This document shows, in pieces, positions 30,619-41,427 of a stretch of 64,000 bases of DNA. Source of the stretch: Pelagomonas calceolata (Eukaryota); NCBI GenBank assembly GCA_918797485.1, contig CAKKNE010000003.1, positions 2,666,001 to 2,730,000 on the forward strand. The letters are read 5' to 3'. The position numbers and the translations under genes were made by a program. The first letter of the stretch is position 1; each line of letters opens with the position of its first letter. The notes beneath the pieces are model-generated. The model was not told where the DNA came from. It searched no databases and worked only from the letters and a program-made list of their open reading frames with translations.

Positions 30619-32598
30619 TTACCCCAGCCGCGATCGCAGCACGACCAGGTCCTCCTTCCCCGCGAACACCGAGACGTAGCCCTGGAGGCCGCGCCACGCG
30701 ACGCACGCCGGCGGCCGCGCCGACCCGTCCTCCAGCACAAACACGACGGACCCCGCGCCCAGGGCCGCGACCTCCGCCCGGACCTTCTCGGAGAAGGCCT
30801 CGGGCCCGTGCGAGCCGCCCGCCAGCAGCTTCTCGAAGTCCCCTCTCCCACACGCGACGCGTCTTTTAGTGAGGAACGGCAGCACGAGGTCGACGCCGTC
30901 CTGGGACAGGCGGTAGTCGACCGCGCAGCCCGCCGACTCCGAGGTCCGCGCGAAGGTGATCACGCCCGCGTGGACGACGCGCAGCCGGAGTTGCTTCGCG
31001 CGCTCGCATAACGCGGCGCACGCGGGCGTCCCCAGCACGACCTTCTTCGCCGACTGCTGCGTCGCCATGGCGTTGTCGGCGCCCGACCGGCAGACCAGCA
31101 GCTCCCAGGGGAAGTTTTCGAGGCCGAAGAAGGCGGCCAACTTCGCCGTGTCGGCGGCGTCCCGGAAGCGTACGTACTTCACGTCCTCGGAGAGCTGGCG
31201 GCCGTCGGGCTTGTCTTTTTTCGGCGGCACCTCGGTCGTCGCCGTTTCCGCGACTGTAGAACCTTCCTTGCGCAGGACGCAGACGAAGAAGCCGCCGGCG
31301 TCGGCGTCGTGCGGCAGGAAGCGCATGCAGCGCGTGAGCTGCGTTTGGATGCGTGAGTCCGTCGGCGGGAAGACCGAGGGCCGGAAACGGCGCATTTTAC
31401 CCTCGGGGACGTCGCCGGGCGACGCGTACTCCACTAACCCATCGTCGCCTTCGTCCAAGACCTTCCAGGTCGTCAGGCCCGGCCGTCTTACTAATTGCGG
31501 CGCGCGCGGGTCCTCGATTACCGTCAGCGACGGGTCCGCCCGCAGCAACTCCGCGACCACGGCCTCGTCCTCGACGGGGTTCAGGGAACACGTGGAATAA
31601 ACAAGTGTACCGCCGGGCTTGACGAGCTGCGCCGCCCGCACGGCTATCGACGCCTGCAGCGCGTGGAGCGACGCGCCTGTCGCCGTCGACCATCGATCTA
31701 GGACACCCGGCGTCTTCCGGAGAGTGCCATCACTGGAACAAGGCACGTCCGCCAGGACCTTATCATACAATAACTTGCGTCCATCAGGATCGCGCGGCGT
31801 CGGGATGAGCCGCGCGTCGCCGTGCGTCGCCGCCCAGCACGGCGCGCCCAACCGCTTCAGCTGGTGCACTAACGTATGCGTCCGCTTGAGGTCCTCGTCG
31901 TTCGCGACCACTAAACCTGAAGCATCCTTCAAATCACCGGACCCGGGCGGGAACACCGCCTCGATGAGCTGCGACGTCTTCGAGCCCGGCGCGGCGCAGG
32001 TGTCGAGGACGCGGTCGCCCGGTCGACAAGCCAGGAAGAGAGGAGGCACCATGCTCACGGCCTCCTGGCGGGTTATCGTACCTGCCCGCTCGTGCGCCAC
32101 GAGCAAAGTGTGTAATTCTTTGTGCGCCGGCGACTTGCGCAGGGCCGCGCGCTCGGCGTCGACGCGCCAGGCCCGCCGGTTCGGGATCCAGTCCAAACTC
32201 GTGAGGTTCAGGGGCGCCGTCGCGAAGGCGTGGTAGGCCGCCGCGGAGGCCGCCGGTTCCGCGTCGCGCGAGAAGCGTTCCAGATCCGCCGCGGTCGGGC
32301 CCTCGCTCCGCATGCGCGCCGCGGCGGCGTCGCACCGCCCACACACCTCCCTCAACTCATGTTCGATCTTGCGCGCGAGGCCGTCCGGCGCGGTCACGCG
32401 GAACGTCGCCGGCAGCGGTTTTCTGAAGGTCGCCATCATGCGCCGCCATTCCTCGTCGTCGAGGCCGAGCTGCTGCCTATAATAATCCTCGAAGCGCCGC
32501 GCGCATTTGAGACGGCGCGCGGCGTCCGCCGGCTTTTCCGGGCCCTTGGTCCAGGTGTCGTCGCGCTGGTTGCTCGTGCGGCGGCGTTTCTTGCCCAT
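30619..32598 (-). CDS. NSUN2: tRNA (cytosine-5)-methyltransferase NSUN2/Trm4-like
   Basis: RQEAVSMVPP, DTCAAPGSKT, DVPCSSDGTLRK, YSTCSLNPVEDEAVV and GGFF motifs. Confidence 0.93.
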   Translation of the reverse strand: MGKKRRRTSNQRDDTWTKGPEKPADAARRLKCARRFEDYYRQQLGLDDEEWRRMMATFRKPLPATFRVTAPDGLARKIEHELREVCGRCDAAAARMRSEGPTAADLERFSRDAEPAASAAAYHAFATAPLNLTSLDWIPNRRAWRVDAERAALRKSPAHKELHTLLVAHERAGTITRQEAVSMVPPLFLACRPGDRVLDTCAAPGSKTSQLIEAVFPPGSGDLKDASGLVVANDEDLKRTHTLVHQLKRLGAPCWAATHGDARLIPTPRDPDGRKLLYDKVLADVPCSSDGTLRKTPGVLDRWSTATGASLHALQASIAVRAAQLVKPGGTLVYSTCSLNPVEDEAVVAELLRADPSLTVIEDPRAPQLVRRPGLTTWKVLDEGDDGLVEYASPGDVPEGKMRRFRPSVFPPTDSRIQTQLTRCMRFLPHDADAGGFFVCVLRKEGSTVAETATTEVPPKKDKPDGRQLSEDVKYVRFRDAADTAKLAAFFGLENFPWELLVCRSGADNAMATQQSAKKVVLGTPACAALCERAKQLRLRVVHAGVITFARTSESAGCAVDYRLSQDGVDLVLPFLTKRRVACGRGDFEKLLAGGSHGPEAFSEKVRAEVAALGAGSVVFVLEDGSARPPACVAWRGLQGYVSVFAGKEDLVVLRSRLG

Positions 32599-32968
32599 GT
32601 TCAGCACTGTTCTTTAGTCGCGTTGCGCAGGGCACGGATGCTGTCCGACACTGCAGGCTCGCCCAGGTGATTGGGATGGTGGGCTAGGCTTTGCTCGTGC
32701 TCGTTGCTGCAGCTGCACAGCACAGCTATTGAAGTCGCGCTGCGCGGCTGGCGTTGCACAGCGGGTACGTATGCGCTTGTTTGGCCAACTTCACACGCAA
32801 GACTCGTCCAGGCTAGTGTCTTTAAGCCGCTAGCTAGCAAATTTTTGCTTGCGCCGTCGTCCTACCGGCTCAATCGCACGCATTCGTCATTTCACAAGGT
32901 TTTAGAGCTGTGCCGCCAGCGCTGCATTCGCGCACCACGCCTTACTGGTCTTTAGCACTTGTAACGCG

Positions 32969-34384
32969 ATGCGCATCCCTGCGCTTTTGCTTTGTATACG
33001 TATCACAGCTGCCGTCTGGCCGAGCTATGACACCGCAGCACAGCTCCCAAAAGATGCCCGCGCACGCCTTGACCGCAATCTCGTCGTGACCGGTGCCGGC
33101 TGCGAGCGCACCCAATTGAGGCTGGACCAGCTACGCGAGCCACGCGAAGCCGCCGTCGCGGGCGGAGAACTAGCGAGACTGCTCAAGGTCGAGGATTGTG
33201 GAGTCGTGTGTCTACTGAGAGGCGCGCCCATTGCCCTTGTCGCCGCGACGGCCGATCTACGACGCTACGCTGGCGACACCATCGACGCGGCCCTCGAGGC
33301 TGGCGACCATTCAAGGGCCCACGCCGCCGAGAAAGAACTAGATGAGTGGTACGACCGCGACTGTTCCGCCGTCGAGCTGGGCTTCATCACCTATGGAAAC
33401 GCAGCAAACGTCTACTGGGTGCACCCGCGGTCCGGTGAGAGGCATATGCAGCGGCGTTTGATCCCGGGAGACGAGGGCACGGTCTGGCTCACCGCCGGCC
33501 TGGGGCATAGGTTTGTGGTCGTCGAAGAAGCTTCCGGCGAAACGCTGGGCGAATACGAGGCGACGCACGACGCCATTCACACAATCGTCGCAGCTCCTCG
33601 GCCTATATCAAAGCGCAGCGCCGAGCAGTGGAAGCGCACGGAGGACGACCTCCGAAAGTTCGAACAGAACCGCGCGAACCGCGTCAAAAGGACGTGGACC
33701 AAACGCGGTTATGATAGGGCGCCCTTACCACCTGCTCTTTTTGCGGATATTGCCACATACTGGTACAATAACGCCGCGACCTGTCTCGTGTATGAGGAGT
33801 GGGGTGCCGACAGCGCTCACGTGAATTGGTGGTCTGCGCCTCCTGAGATGTGCTACCTTCCGTTCGGGCTCAAAAGAAGGTGGCACGACGCGTTGCGGCC
33901 GCTCGTGGAGGCGTGGATCGGTGATGTAGAATTGGAGGACACGGACCTCTACGGCCTCCGGCGGTACACGCGCGGGAGCACGCTGATGCCTCATGTCGAC
34001 CGGGAGGAGACGCACGCCGCCTCAGTAATAGTGAACATCGGCCAGTACGGCATGGACGAGGCGTGGCCTTTGCAAATCTATGACCTGCATTCAGGAGAGA
34101 TGACGAACGTGACGATGGAACCGGGCGAGCTACTCTTCTACGAGTCAGCGAAATGCCTGCACGGGCGCGAGGTACCTTTACAAGGAGACGCGTTCGTGTC
34201 ATTGTTTGCCCACTATCGCCCGCGCGACGCGCCGCGCTGGTTCCTCGAGGACAAGACTGAGGCTTTAGAGTGGGCCTACGACGGGTTGCCGTACTCGCTG
34301 GGCGACGCGGAGGAGCAGGTCGGCTCGAGGACGCGGACGTTCGTCGTCGAGGACGCGTCGTCGCCGGCGTTGGGCGAGCTTTGA
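32969..34384 (+). CDS. Secretory-pathway 2OG-Fe(II) oxygenase-like protein
   Basis: Signal peptide; YGLRRY...PHVDR...YESAKCLHGR...FAHYRP facial-triad pattern; ends in GEL. Confidence 0.75.
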   Translation: MRIPALLLCIRITAAVWPSYDTAAQLPKDARARLDRNLVVTGAGCERTQLRLDQLREPREAAVAGGELARLLKVEDCGVVCLLRGAPIALVAATADLRRYAGDTIDAALEAGDHSRAHAAEKELDEWYDRDCSAVELGFITYGNAANVYWVHPRSGERHMQRRLIPGDEGTVWLTAGLGHRFVVVEEASGETLGEYEATHDAIHTIVAAPRPISKRSAEQWKRTEDDLRKFEQNRANRVKRTWTKRGYDRAPLPPALFADIATYWYNNAATCLVYEEWGADSAHVNWWSAPPEMCYLPFGLKRRWHDALRPLVEAWIGDVELEDTDLYGLRRYTRGSTLMPHVDREETHAASVIVNIGQYGMDEAWPLQIYDLHSGEMTNVTMEPGELLFYESAKCLHGREVPLQGDAFVSLFAHYRPRDAPRWFLEDKTEALEWAYDGLPYSLGDAEEQVGSRTRTFVVEDASSPALGEL

Positions 34385-34444
34385 TTGTTTGTTGTAACTT
34401 CTAGTAGTAAATAAATTTCACACGGTTACACAACAAACAACACC

Positions 34445-36799
34445 TCAACCAAGGAACCCGCGCCGGAACCCCGACGACGACGAATTCGACCGCGAGCGCG
34501 ACCGCCGCGGCGCCGGCGCCGGCGCACTGGAGGAGGACGACGACCGCGAGCGAGCCGGTGCGTTCAGAAACCCGCGCCCGAAGCCGCCCGCGGGCTGGCG
34601 CAGCTTTCGACCCGTCCCCAAGCGCGCCTCCAAGCCGCCCAGGCAGCTCTTGTAGTCCGGGATATACGAACTCAGCGCACCGACGGACTCACGAGGCACC
34701 TTCGTCGGCGGCGCGACCTTCCGCCGCGCGCGGTCGAAGTCCTTGTCCTGGCCGCGCTTGATCAGCGTGATTGCGCGGCCGGTCGCGCCGGCGCGCGCCG
34801 CCCTGCCGACGCGATGGACGTAGTTCGACGCGTCCCGGGGCGCGTCGTAGTTGATCACTAACGACACGGAAGGCAGGTCGACGCCGCGCGCCAGGGCGTC
34901 GGACGCGACGAGCACCGTACACGGCATGTCATCCTCATCTAAGCGCCTCCGACACTCCTTGATGATCGCGTCCCGCCGCGCCGCGCCCGCCGCCGACGAC
35001 AGGGCCAGGACGCACTCCTCGCCCCCGAGCCACTGCCTCCGCAAACACCAGAGCTGCGCCAGGTGCGCCAGCCGCGTCACCGTGTCGACCGAGTTGCAAA
35101 AGACGATGATCAGCCGGCACTGCGCGCGCTCCCGCTCCAACAACGCAAATAAAGCCACGGGCTTCGACGCCGCGTCGCAGGAGACCGCGGACTCCGTGAG
35201 GCCGGCCGGGAGGCTCCGCGCGTGGTCGTCGGCCTTTTCATCCTTGAAGAAGCGCTCGGCACTCAGGCCGTCCAAGTGTTTTACGATCTCTTGGCCGTCG
35301 ACGACGGCACTGTACAAAAACAACGGCCGCGAGAGCTTCATCGCGTTCAGCTGCTGGGGGTCGTCTCCGAGTGTAGCAGAGAATAGGAACTTGGACAATC
35401 GGGTTCTATACCAAGGATGGGGCGCACCGGGAGCATTCAGGTTGTAGGGTCGTCGCGTCGTCGCGTCAAACGGCCGGAAGTCGGGCGTCACTTTGGCCGA
35501 GCCCTCCAGGTTCTGGTGCATGTCATCCAAGACAATCTGCGCCCAGTCCTGGTACGACTGGTCCAGCAGCCGGTCGGCCTCGTCCACTATCAAGTAACGG
35601 GCGTGTTGTAGCGTAAAACCGCGTAAATTCTCCACGAGGTCCACCAACCTACCTGGAGTAGCTACAATCACATCACACTGCCCGTCCACAATACCACCTT
35701 GCGGCACGGGCTCGCGGTCCTCCTCGGGCACGAGGTCGGGGAAGGGGAACTTGTGGAGCTGCCAGAAGCCCCACTTGCCCTCGGCCGGCCGCGGCCGCCG
35801 CGACGGCGGGATCAGGTCCCAATTCGGTTCTATGAGGACCTGCTCGTCGGGCTGGCCCGCCGCCAGGCAGATCCGCATCGGTATGTCCTCCATCTCCGGC
35901 TTCAGGGCTTCGAACACGGCGTGCACTTGCCTTGCTAACTCTCGCGACGGTACGACGACGACGCCGCGCACCCGAGGCACCCTTCGGTCGTGCAACCCGC
36001 TCAGGACGCTCAAAGCGTAGATGAGCGTCTTGCCCGACCCGGTAGGCGCACTCACCGCAATGTCCCGGCCAAGGCCGTGCATTTCCCGAGCCTCCGCGAT
36101 CGTCAGAGGTAAAGCTGCTCTCTGTATAGGGAAGAACTTCTCAATCCCAAACTTCCTAGTCTTCTGGCGCACTGACTCGGGGAGTAATTCAAAAACTTCC
36201 TCATCTTTCACGTCATACCTAGGCTCAGGGTCCACATACCTATCAGACTTATTCCCGAGCTTCTCGATCTCCGCGACACAAACTCTGAGTTTTTCGTTGT
36301 AGTCCTCTAACATACGTTTCTGCTCGTCCTTCGGTCGATCCGAGAACTTCGCCGGGAGTTGGTCCTTACTGACCCAATTGAGATGCTGTTCAGGTAACCC
36401 GAGGTCGGTCCAGGTCACTTCCTTCTCCTCGGCGAAATCTCGCTTCGACTCCTCCATCAACGGCTCGATCTTCTCCTTGACGAATTGCTTCGCGAACCGT
36501 ATGTCTTCTTCGTCGAACTGGTAGTTGAGCAAAGCGTCGCGCGCGGTCGCGCCGCCTTCATTAATAGCCTGCTCGAGCTGCCACTCCCTCAAGGCCTTCT
36601 GGTCCCAGGTCTCGTTGGACGGTGGGGGCGGCGGCACTGGTGGTACTGGTTTAGGAGGCGGCGGTGGCGGTGCTGGTGGAGGCGTCTTCTTCCGCGCGGG
36701 CGGCACCCTCCTCCGGCCGCCTCTACCGAAGACGGGCGGTGCCACTCCTAATGACTTGCCGGCTAATACACGCTTCTTCTTCTTCTTGAGGGGGTGCAT
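34445..36799 (-). CDS. DEAD-box RNA helicase DDX51/Dbp6-like
   Basis: FFPIQ, APTGSGKT, PSRELA, TPGRL, DEADRLL, SAT, ARGVD and HRVGRAAR motifs. Confidence 0.92.
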   Translation of the reverse strand: MHPLKKKKKRVLAGKSLGVAPPVFGRGGRRRVPPARKKTPPPAPPPPPPKPVPPVPPPPPSNETWDQKALREWQLEQAINEGGATARDALLNYQFDEEDIRFAKQFVKEKIEPLMEESKRDFAEEKEVTWTDLGLPEQHLNWVSKDQLPAKFSDRPKDEQKRMLEDYNEKLRVCVAEIEKLGNKSDRYVDPEPRYDVKDEEVFELLPESVRQKTRKFGIEKFFPIQRAALPLTIAEAREMHGLGRDIAVSAPTGSGKTLIYALSVLSGLHDRRVPRVRGVVVVPSRELARQVHAVFEALKPEMEDIPMRICLAAGQPDEQVLIEPNWDLIPPSRRPRPAEGKWGFWQLHKFPFPDLVPEEDREPVPQGGIVDGQCDVIVATPGRLVDLVENLRGFTLQHARYLIVDEADRLLDQSYQDWAQIVLDDMHQNLEGSAKVTPDFRPFDATTRRPYNLNAPGAPHPWYRTRLSKFLFSATLGDDPQQLNAMKLSRPLFLYSAVVDGQEIVKHLDGLSAERFFKDEKADDHARSLPAGLTESAVSCDAASKPVALFALLERERAQCRLIIVFCNSVDTVTRLAHLAQLWCLRRQWLGGEECVLALSSAAGAARRDAIIKECRRRLDEDDMPCTVLVASDALARGVDLPSVSLVINYDAPRDASNYVHRVGRAARAGATGRAITLIKRGQDKDFDRARRKVAPPTKVPRESVGALSSYIPDYKSCLGGLEARLGTGRKLRQPAGGFGRGFLNAPARSRSSSSSSAPAPAPRRSRSRSNSSSSGFRRGFLG

Positions 36800-37101
36800 G
36801 GCTGCTACTGTAGGTGCTGCCTGGTGCTGCACTTGGCTGCTGATGGTTTGCGCGATACGAAGCGGTCTGCAGTCGTTCGCGGCTGGTTGCAGAGGTCAAA
36901 CGAGCTGCGCGCGCAATCGCTCTGGTGCGCCGCGTGTGTTTATACGCCCTGCAGAGGCAGCAGAGCCTAGAATCGCGGCCGCCGAGTCCTGCAGTAAGGT
37001 ATCGGTATGGTACCTTATACCTCGGTATTAGGGGGTCAGGATCACGTTTTATAATTCACTGGCTTGTCAAACTTAGGCTGCCCCACGAACGAACGATAAA
37101 A

Positions 37102-37704
37102 ATGGCGCTAGGCCCAAGGAACCCCCACTTCGGCCAGGCGCCGTCCTTGGACGAAGAAGAAATAAGGGCGAGACTCTGGCGCCAGCGCCAGCAACAGCAG
37201 CAGCAGCAAAAAGCGCCCCCAACCACGAGCGCGGCGCCGCAAGAGGGCGAAAACCGCGCCTTCGACGCGAAAGTAGCCGCGCTAGCGCGACGGAAGGAAA
37301 TCATCCGCGAGGAGTGCTGGGCGGCCTTCGGCGGCCAGGGCGCGCCGGCCGAAGTGGGCGCGATTCCGGACTTTGACGCGAGCGTCGACGCGGCCTTCGC
37401 GGCCGTGCGTCGGGCGGACAAAAGGAAGCAGGAGGAGGATTTCGAGCGGGCCGTGCAGAAGGAGATGGCTTCTCTGATGTCCGACGTGAAGGCTGAAGTT
37501 CGACAACAACAAAGGGAGAGCAAGGCCTCGCCCGTGCGACGGGAGGCCAAGGAGAGCGTGGCCGACATCTTCGGCGGGGCGGAACCGCGCTTCCCGCCGA
37601 ACCGGCGCCGCGAGGCGAAGGACGACGCGGCCGAGGCCAAGCTTCAGTCGTCCCAGCGCTTCCGCCACCAGCAGCGCGGCGCGTCGTCGATCGTCTTCGG
37701 GTAA
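37102..37704 (+). CDS. Hypothetical protein with poly-Q tract and C-terminal GASSIVFG motif
   Basis: ATG in A-rich context; C-terminus resembles the SSIxFG motif of SPIRAL1/Jupiter-like proteins (weak). Confidence 0.6.
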   Translation: MALGPRNPHFGQAPSLDEEEIRARLWRQRQQQQQQQKAPPTTSAAPQEGENRAFDAKVAALARRKEIIREECWAAFGGQGAPAEVGAIPDFDASVDAAFAAVRRADKRKQEEDFERAVQKEMASLMSDVKAEVRQQQRESKASPVRREAKESVADIFGGAEPRFPPNRRREAKDDAAEAKLQSSQRFRHQQRGASSIVFG

Positions 37705-37910
37705 GGGTCCATTCGTTTGATGTCGCGGCGGCGGCGGCGGGGGGACCAGCGACTCTCGCACGTGGTCTCTCTCGAGAGCCTAGAGGGCACGAACCCTATG
37801 GACTCGGATCCGAGTCCCCCGGGCCCTCTAACACCCCCCCCTTCGCTAGACCATCCACCGATAACAAAGTCTAACACACACAATAGCTTATGATGTTCGT
37901 CTTCGGCTGG

Positions 37911-38573
37911 CTACGTCCCGATGAGGTAGCCCAGCCCCCCGATGCCCAGCGCCGCGGCGCCCGCGCCGAACGCCGTCAGCAGCGGCCGGATCAACAACCC
38001 GACGACGCGCCACGGCGCCTCGGCGATGTCGACGACTCTTTCCAACTTGCCCTCGGCGTTGGTGGTCGCTAGAGATAAACCGCGAGACAACGGGAAGGGC
38101 TTCCCATCAACCTCGACGTGCCATTCGACACCCACCGACTTCTGCCCGTCGCAGGCCACTTTGTCGACGATGAGCTGCAGGTCGAAGGGCAGGTTCAATT
38201 TCTTCGACACGAACGCAGGATGCCACTCCAGCGCGCCGGAGAACGCGGCCTTGCCCCGGCAAATTGTGGACTCTCCTAACAGCAAGTCCTCATAGACCAC
38301 GTCGTCAGCTAGTAAGTCAGCAACAGCGCGGCCATCGCGCGCATTAAAGGCGTCGTACAATGCCCTGATCTGTTGTTTCGGGGTCGCGGTGGCGTGCCGG
38401 TGGCCCACCTCGAGTGTTGCCAGCTCCGCGTCGATCTCCGCGCGCTGCCTCCGGAGCTCGGCGACGCGGTCGGTTTTCACGGGTGCCACGCCGTTGAGCG
38501 GTGCGAGCGCGAGCGCGGGTCGGCAGAGGACGGCGGCGCAGAGCGCTACGCGTCGTCGTCGTCCTCGTCCCAT
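37911..38573 (-). CDS. SnoaL/NTF2-like domain protein, probably plastid-targeted
   Basis: IRALYDAFNARD...LLADDVVYED...GVEWHVE; signal peptide; C-terminal hydrophobic helix. Confidence 0.82.
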   Translation of the reverse strand: MGRGRRRRVALCAAVLCRPALALAPLNGVAPVKTDRVAELRRQRAEIDAELATLEVGHRHATATPKQQIRALYDAFNARDGRAVADLLADDVVYEDLLLGESTICRGKAAFSGALEWHPAFVSKKLNLPFDLQLIVDKVACDGQKSVGVEWHVEVDGKPFPLSRGLSLATTNAEGKLERVVDIAEAPWRVVGLLIRPLLTAFGAGAAALGIGGLGYLIGT

Positions 38574-39043
38574 GGCAGAGCTGCAGCAACTAGGGGGGCT
38601 CTCCACGCAAGGAGAGCAGAGTTCCTTCGAGCGCGCTGTCGTGCACAACGAAAAAGGCTTCCAGCACGTGTTCAATACCACCAGGGACGCGTATCAGCGG
38701 CAATTGAGCTCCAGCTCTTTGCTCCAGCTCCTTGTCATCGAGCTGGCTGCTGGCTTGGTGGGGTGGTCGAAGCGCCGCAAAGGAGGCGGTGTAATCATTA
38801 TCCGGGACTGCTCTTTCCGCAAAACAAGGGCTGGGCGCGAGCGCGCGAAACCCGCTCAGTCCAAAACTCGAGCATGCCAAGCTGGCAGCCATTGTGGCAT
38901 CTGTGCCTGCAATTGGAGCGTCAGAGCACGCACGCATACAGCGCTTACCACCTGCAGCAAGTACGCCAAGCGCATCGTGCTACAACGAGAGCAGTACACA
39001 CGGAGAGCACAATCCAAAAAGCCTCTCCGGTGAGAAAACAACG

Positions 39044-40352
39044 ATGCTGCGCCAAGCGCTGAACCGCACGAGTCGCGCATTCAGCAGTCTCGACGCCTCG
39101 AAGCTTAAAATAGAGCGCTGCGCCACACCCGCGCAACCGCCAGCGAACGAAGCACTCGTCGGCCAGTGGGGCCGCATCTTCTCGCCCCACATGCTTCGCG
39201 TGGACTGGACCGCCAGCGACGGCTGGAGCGCACCGAGAATCCAGCCCCACGGACCCCTCCAATTGTCCCCGGCGGCGATGACGCTCCACTACGCGCTGCA
39301 ATGCTTCGAAGGGATGAAGGCCTACCGCGGCGACGACGACGCGATACGACTATTCAGACCAGATTTAAATGCGAGGCGCATGACCTCGTCCCTCCAACGG
39401 CTGGCGATGCCGACGTTTGACGAGACGGCATTTGTTGAATTACTCAAGCGCTATGTAGAGGTGGAGCAAGAGTGGGTCCCTAGGGGCGAAGGTCATTCGA
39501 TGTACTTGAGGCCGACCTGTGTGGCCACGGACCCGTTTTTGGGGGTGGGCGTGCCGCAGGAGGCGACGCTGTATGTGATTGCGTCTCCGGTGGGGCCCTA
39601 CTTTCCCGTGCGCGGTCGGCGTCCGTCCTCGAAGCGTCTGCTCGAAGGCGTGGAGGGTCATCGGTTCTCTTCGACGACGGCGTCGCGTCGATGGCGTGCT
39701 GGCGCCATAACCACGCCATCGCCGCGACAATATTGTAAGACACTCGACGCGACGCCCCGCGCAGGACGGCTTCAAGCCGATAACGGTCGTCGCCGATACG
39801 GTGAATGTGCGGGCGTGGCCCGGCGGCGCCGGCGATACTAAAATAGGGGGCAACTACGCCCCCACCATAAAACCGGTGCTGGACGCCGCGGCCCAGACGG
39901 ACGGGCGGGCCCAGCAGGTCCTGTTCCTGTTCGGCGACGACCACCGCGTGACGGAGGTCGGGAGCATGAACGTCTTTGTGGTCCTGCGGACTGCATCAGG
40001 TGTTGAGCTCGTGACGGCGCCGTTAAGTGGCGACATCCTGCCGGGCGTGACGCGGCGGTCTATATTAGATTTGGCGCGGGCCGATCCCGCGTCGGTAGGT
40101 GTGGACGTCGTGTCGGAGCGTGTTTTTACGATGCCCGAGGTGGTCGCGGCGTCTCGCGAAGGCAGGCTGCTCGAGGTCTTCGGCGCCGGCACCGCGGCCG
40201 TCGTCTGCCCCGTGCGCGAGGTCGTCTACCAGGGTTCGTCCATCGACGTGCCCACCGGCGGCGGCGCGGGCCCCGTCGCGAGCGAGCTCTGGCGGCGCCT
40301 CTCGGACGCGCACTACGGCCGGGACGCGTCCGGCTGGGCCGTAGCTATTTAA
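39044..40352 (+). CDS. BCAT: Branched-chain amino-acid aminotransferase (mitochondrial-type), 2 exons (39044-39607, 39765-40352)
   Basis: LHYALQCFEGMKAY, YLRP, RAWPGGAGDTKIGGNY, EVGSMN, ILPGVTR and GTAA motifs; intron removal gives VGPYFP|DGFKPI. Confidence 0.93.
39608..39764 (+). other. Spliceosomal intron (157 nt), repeated-intron family B
   Basis: GTGCGCGGTCGGCGTCC...CCCCGCGCAG; internal inverted pair 39682-39698 / 39712-39728 of CACGCCATCG(A/C)CGCGAC. Confidence 0.88.
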
Positions 40353-40363
40353 GTTGTTAATAA

Positions 40364-41023
40364 TTATGCGAAGAGGAGGTAGTAGAGCGCCGCGGCGGCC
40401 GCGACGACCGACCCGTAGAAATAGAGCGACGACCCCGACTGTACCGCGACCTCCTCCTCGTCATCATCATACTCGAGGGACTTGTCGTAGGTCGACGTGT
40501 TCTCGTCCCAGATGCACGCGGGTTTCGACGAGGGGTCCGGCAGGTTTTTCAGGGCGGCGTCCACGGCTGCTGCCCAGGTCGCCATGTCCTTGACGCCTCG
40601 CTCCTTCTCCCGGACATCGATCTCCGCCCGTTTCACCATGCGCCGGCTCCCGCACTTCTCCAGCAGCGAATCCGTCAAGCGCGGGCAGTTCATGTAGGTA
40701 TCAAAATGCGAGTCGCCGAAGCCCAACACGGCGTGCTGGCACCCCTGGAACGGCGACTCGGCTTTGAAGGTCGCCCGATACAGCGCCCCGAGAAAATCGT
40801 CGTAGTTGTACGGCGCGTCGCCCTGGCGAAACGACGACGTCGCGATGATGATCGCGTCGTGGCTCGTCGCGAGCGTTTCCAGGCCCTGCTTCGCGGCGGC
40901 GTTGCCGTCGATGACATCCACGACGGTCCAGGCGCCCGCGGCCTTCCACTGCGCCGCGAGTTCCTTAATAGCTTTCTCGGCCGTGCCGGACTCGCTGCCA
41001 AAAACGACGAGGGCTTTGGGCAT
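40364..41023 (-). CDS. Flavodoxin-like (MioC/CPR FMN-domain type) protein with C-terminal membrane anchor
   Basis: FGSESGTAE, ATSSF..GDAP, AVLGFGDSHF; terminal hydrophobic helix. Confidence 0.85.
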   Translation of the reverse strand: MPKALVVFGSESGTAEKAIKELAAQWKAAGAWTVVDVIDGNAAAKQGLETLATSHDAIIIATSSFRQGDAPYNYDDFLGALYRATFKAESPFQGCQHAVLGFGDSHFDTYMNCPRLTDSLLEKCGSRRMVKRAEIDVREKERGVKDMATWAAAVDAALKNLPDPSSKPACIWDENTSTYDKSLEYDDDEEEVAVQSGSSLYFYGSVVAAAAALYYLLFA

Positions 41024-41427
41024 GGTTGCTTGTTATTGATTGCAGCGATGCGTTTCTTTTCTCGTTTGCAAAGCGGATCAGACTTGCGTACAGCAATGCT
41101 CTCCTCTCTGTAGTGGTGCAAAACCGGCAGCGTACCACGTGGGCTGCGTTTGATCGCGTAGCTCCCTAGCGGCCAGTAAGACACTAGCACCCATCGGTAT
41201 TTCCGCCAGAAGGATGAACTCCGCCCAACAACAACTCCAGGCAGTCCGCGAGCGGCTAGACAACTCCCGAGAGGAACGCCGGGCGCGGAGAGGCTGCCCT
41301 AACGCGGGACAGAGGCACACACCACAAGCGCCCGCAGCGCATCCCCTGGGCAGCCCCCGGCCCGTTCAACAGGCCACACGAGTCACCGCAGCGAGACGCC
41401 GCCGCCGCGCTCCTCACAGCAACTAAC

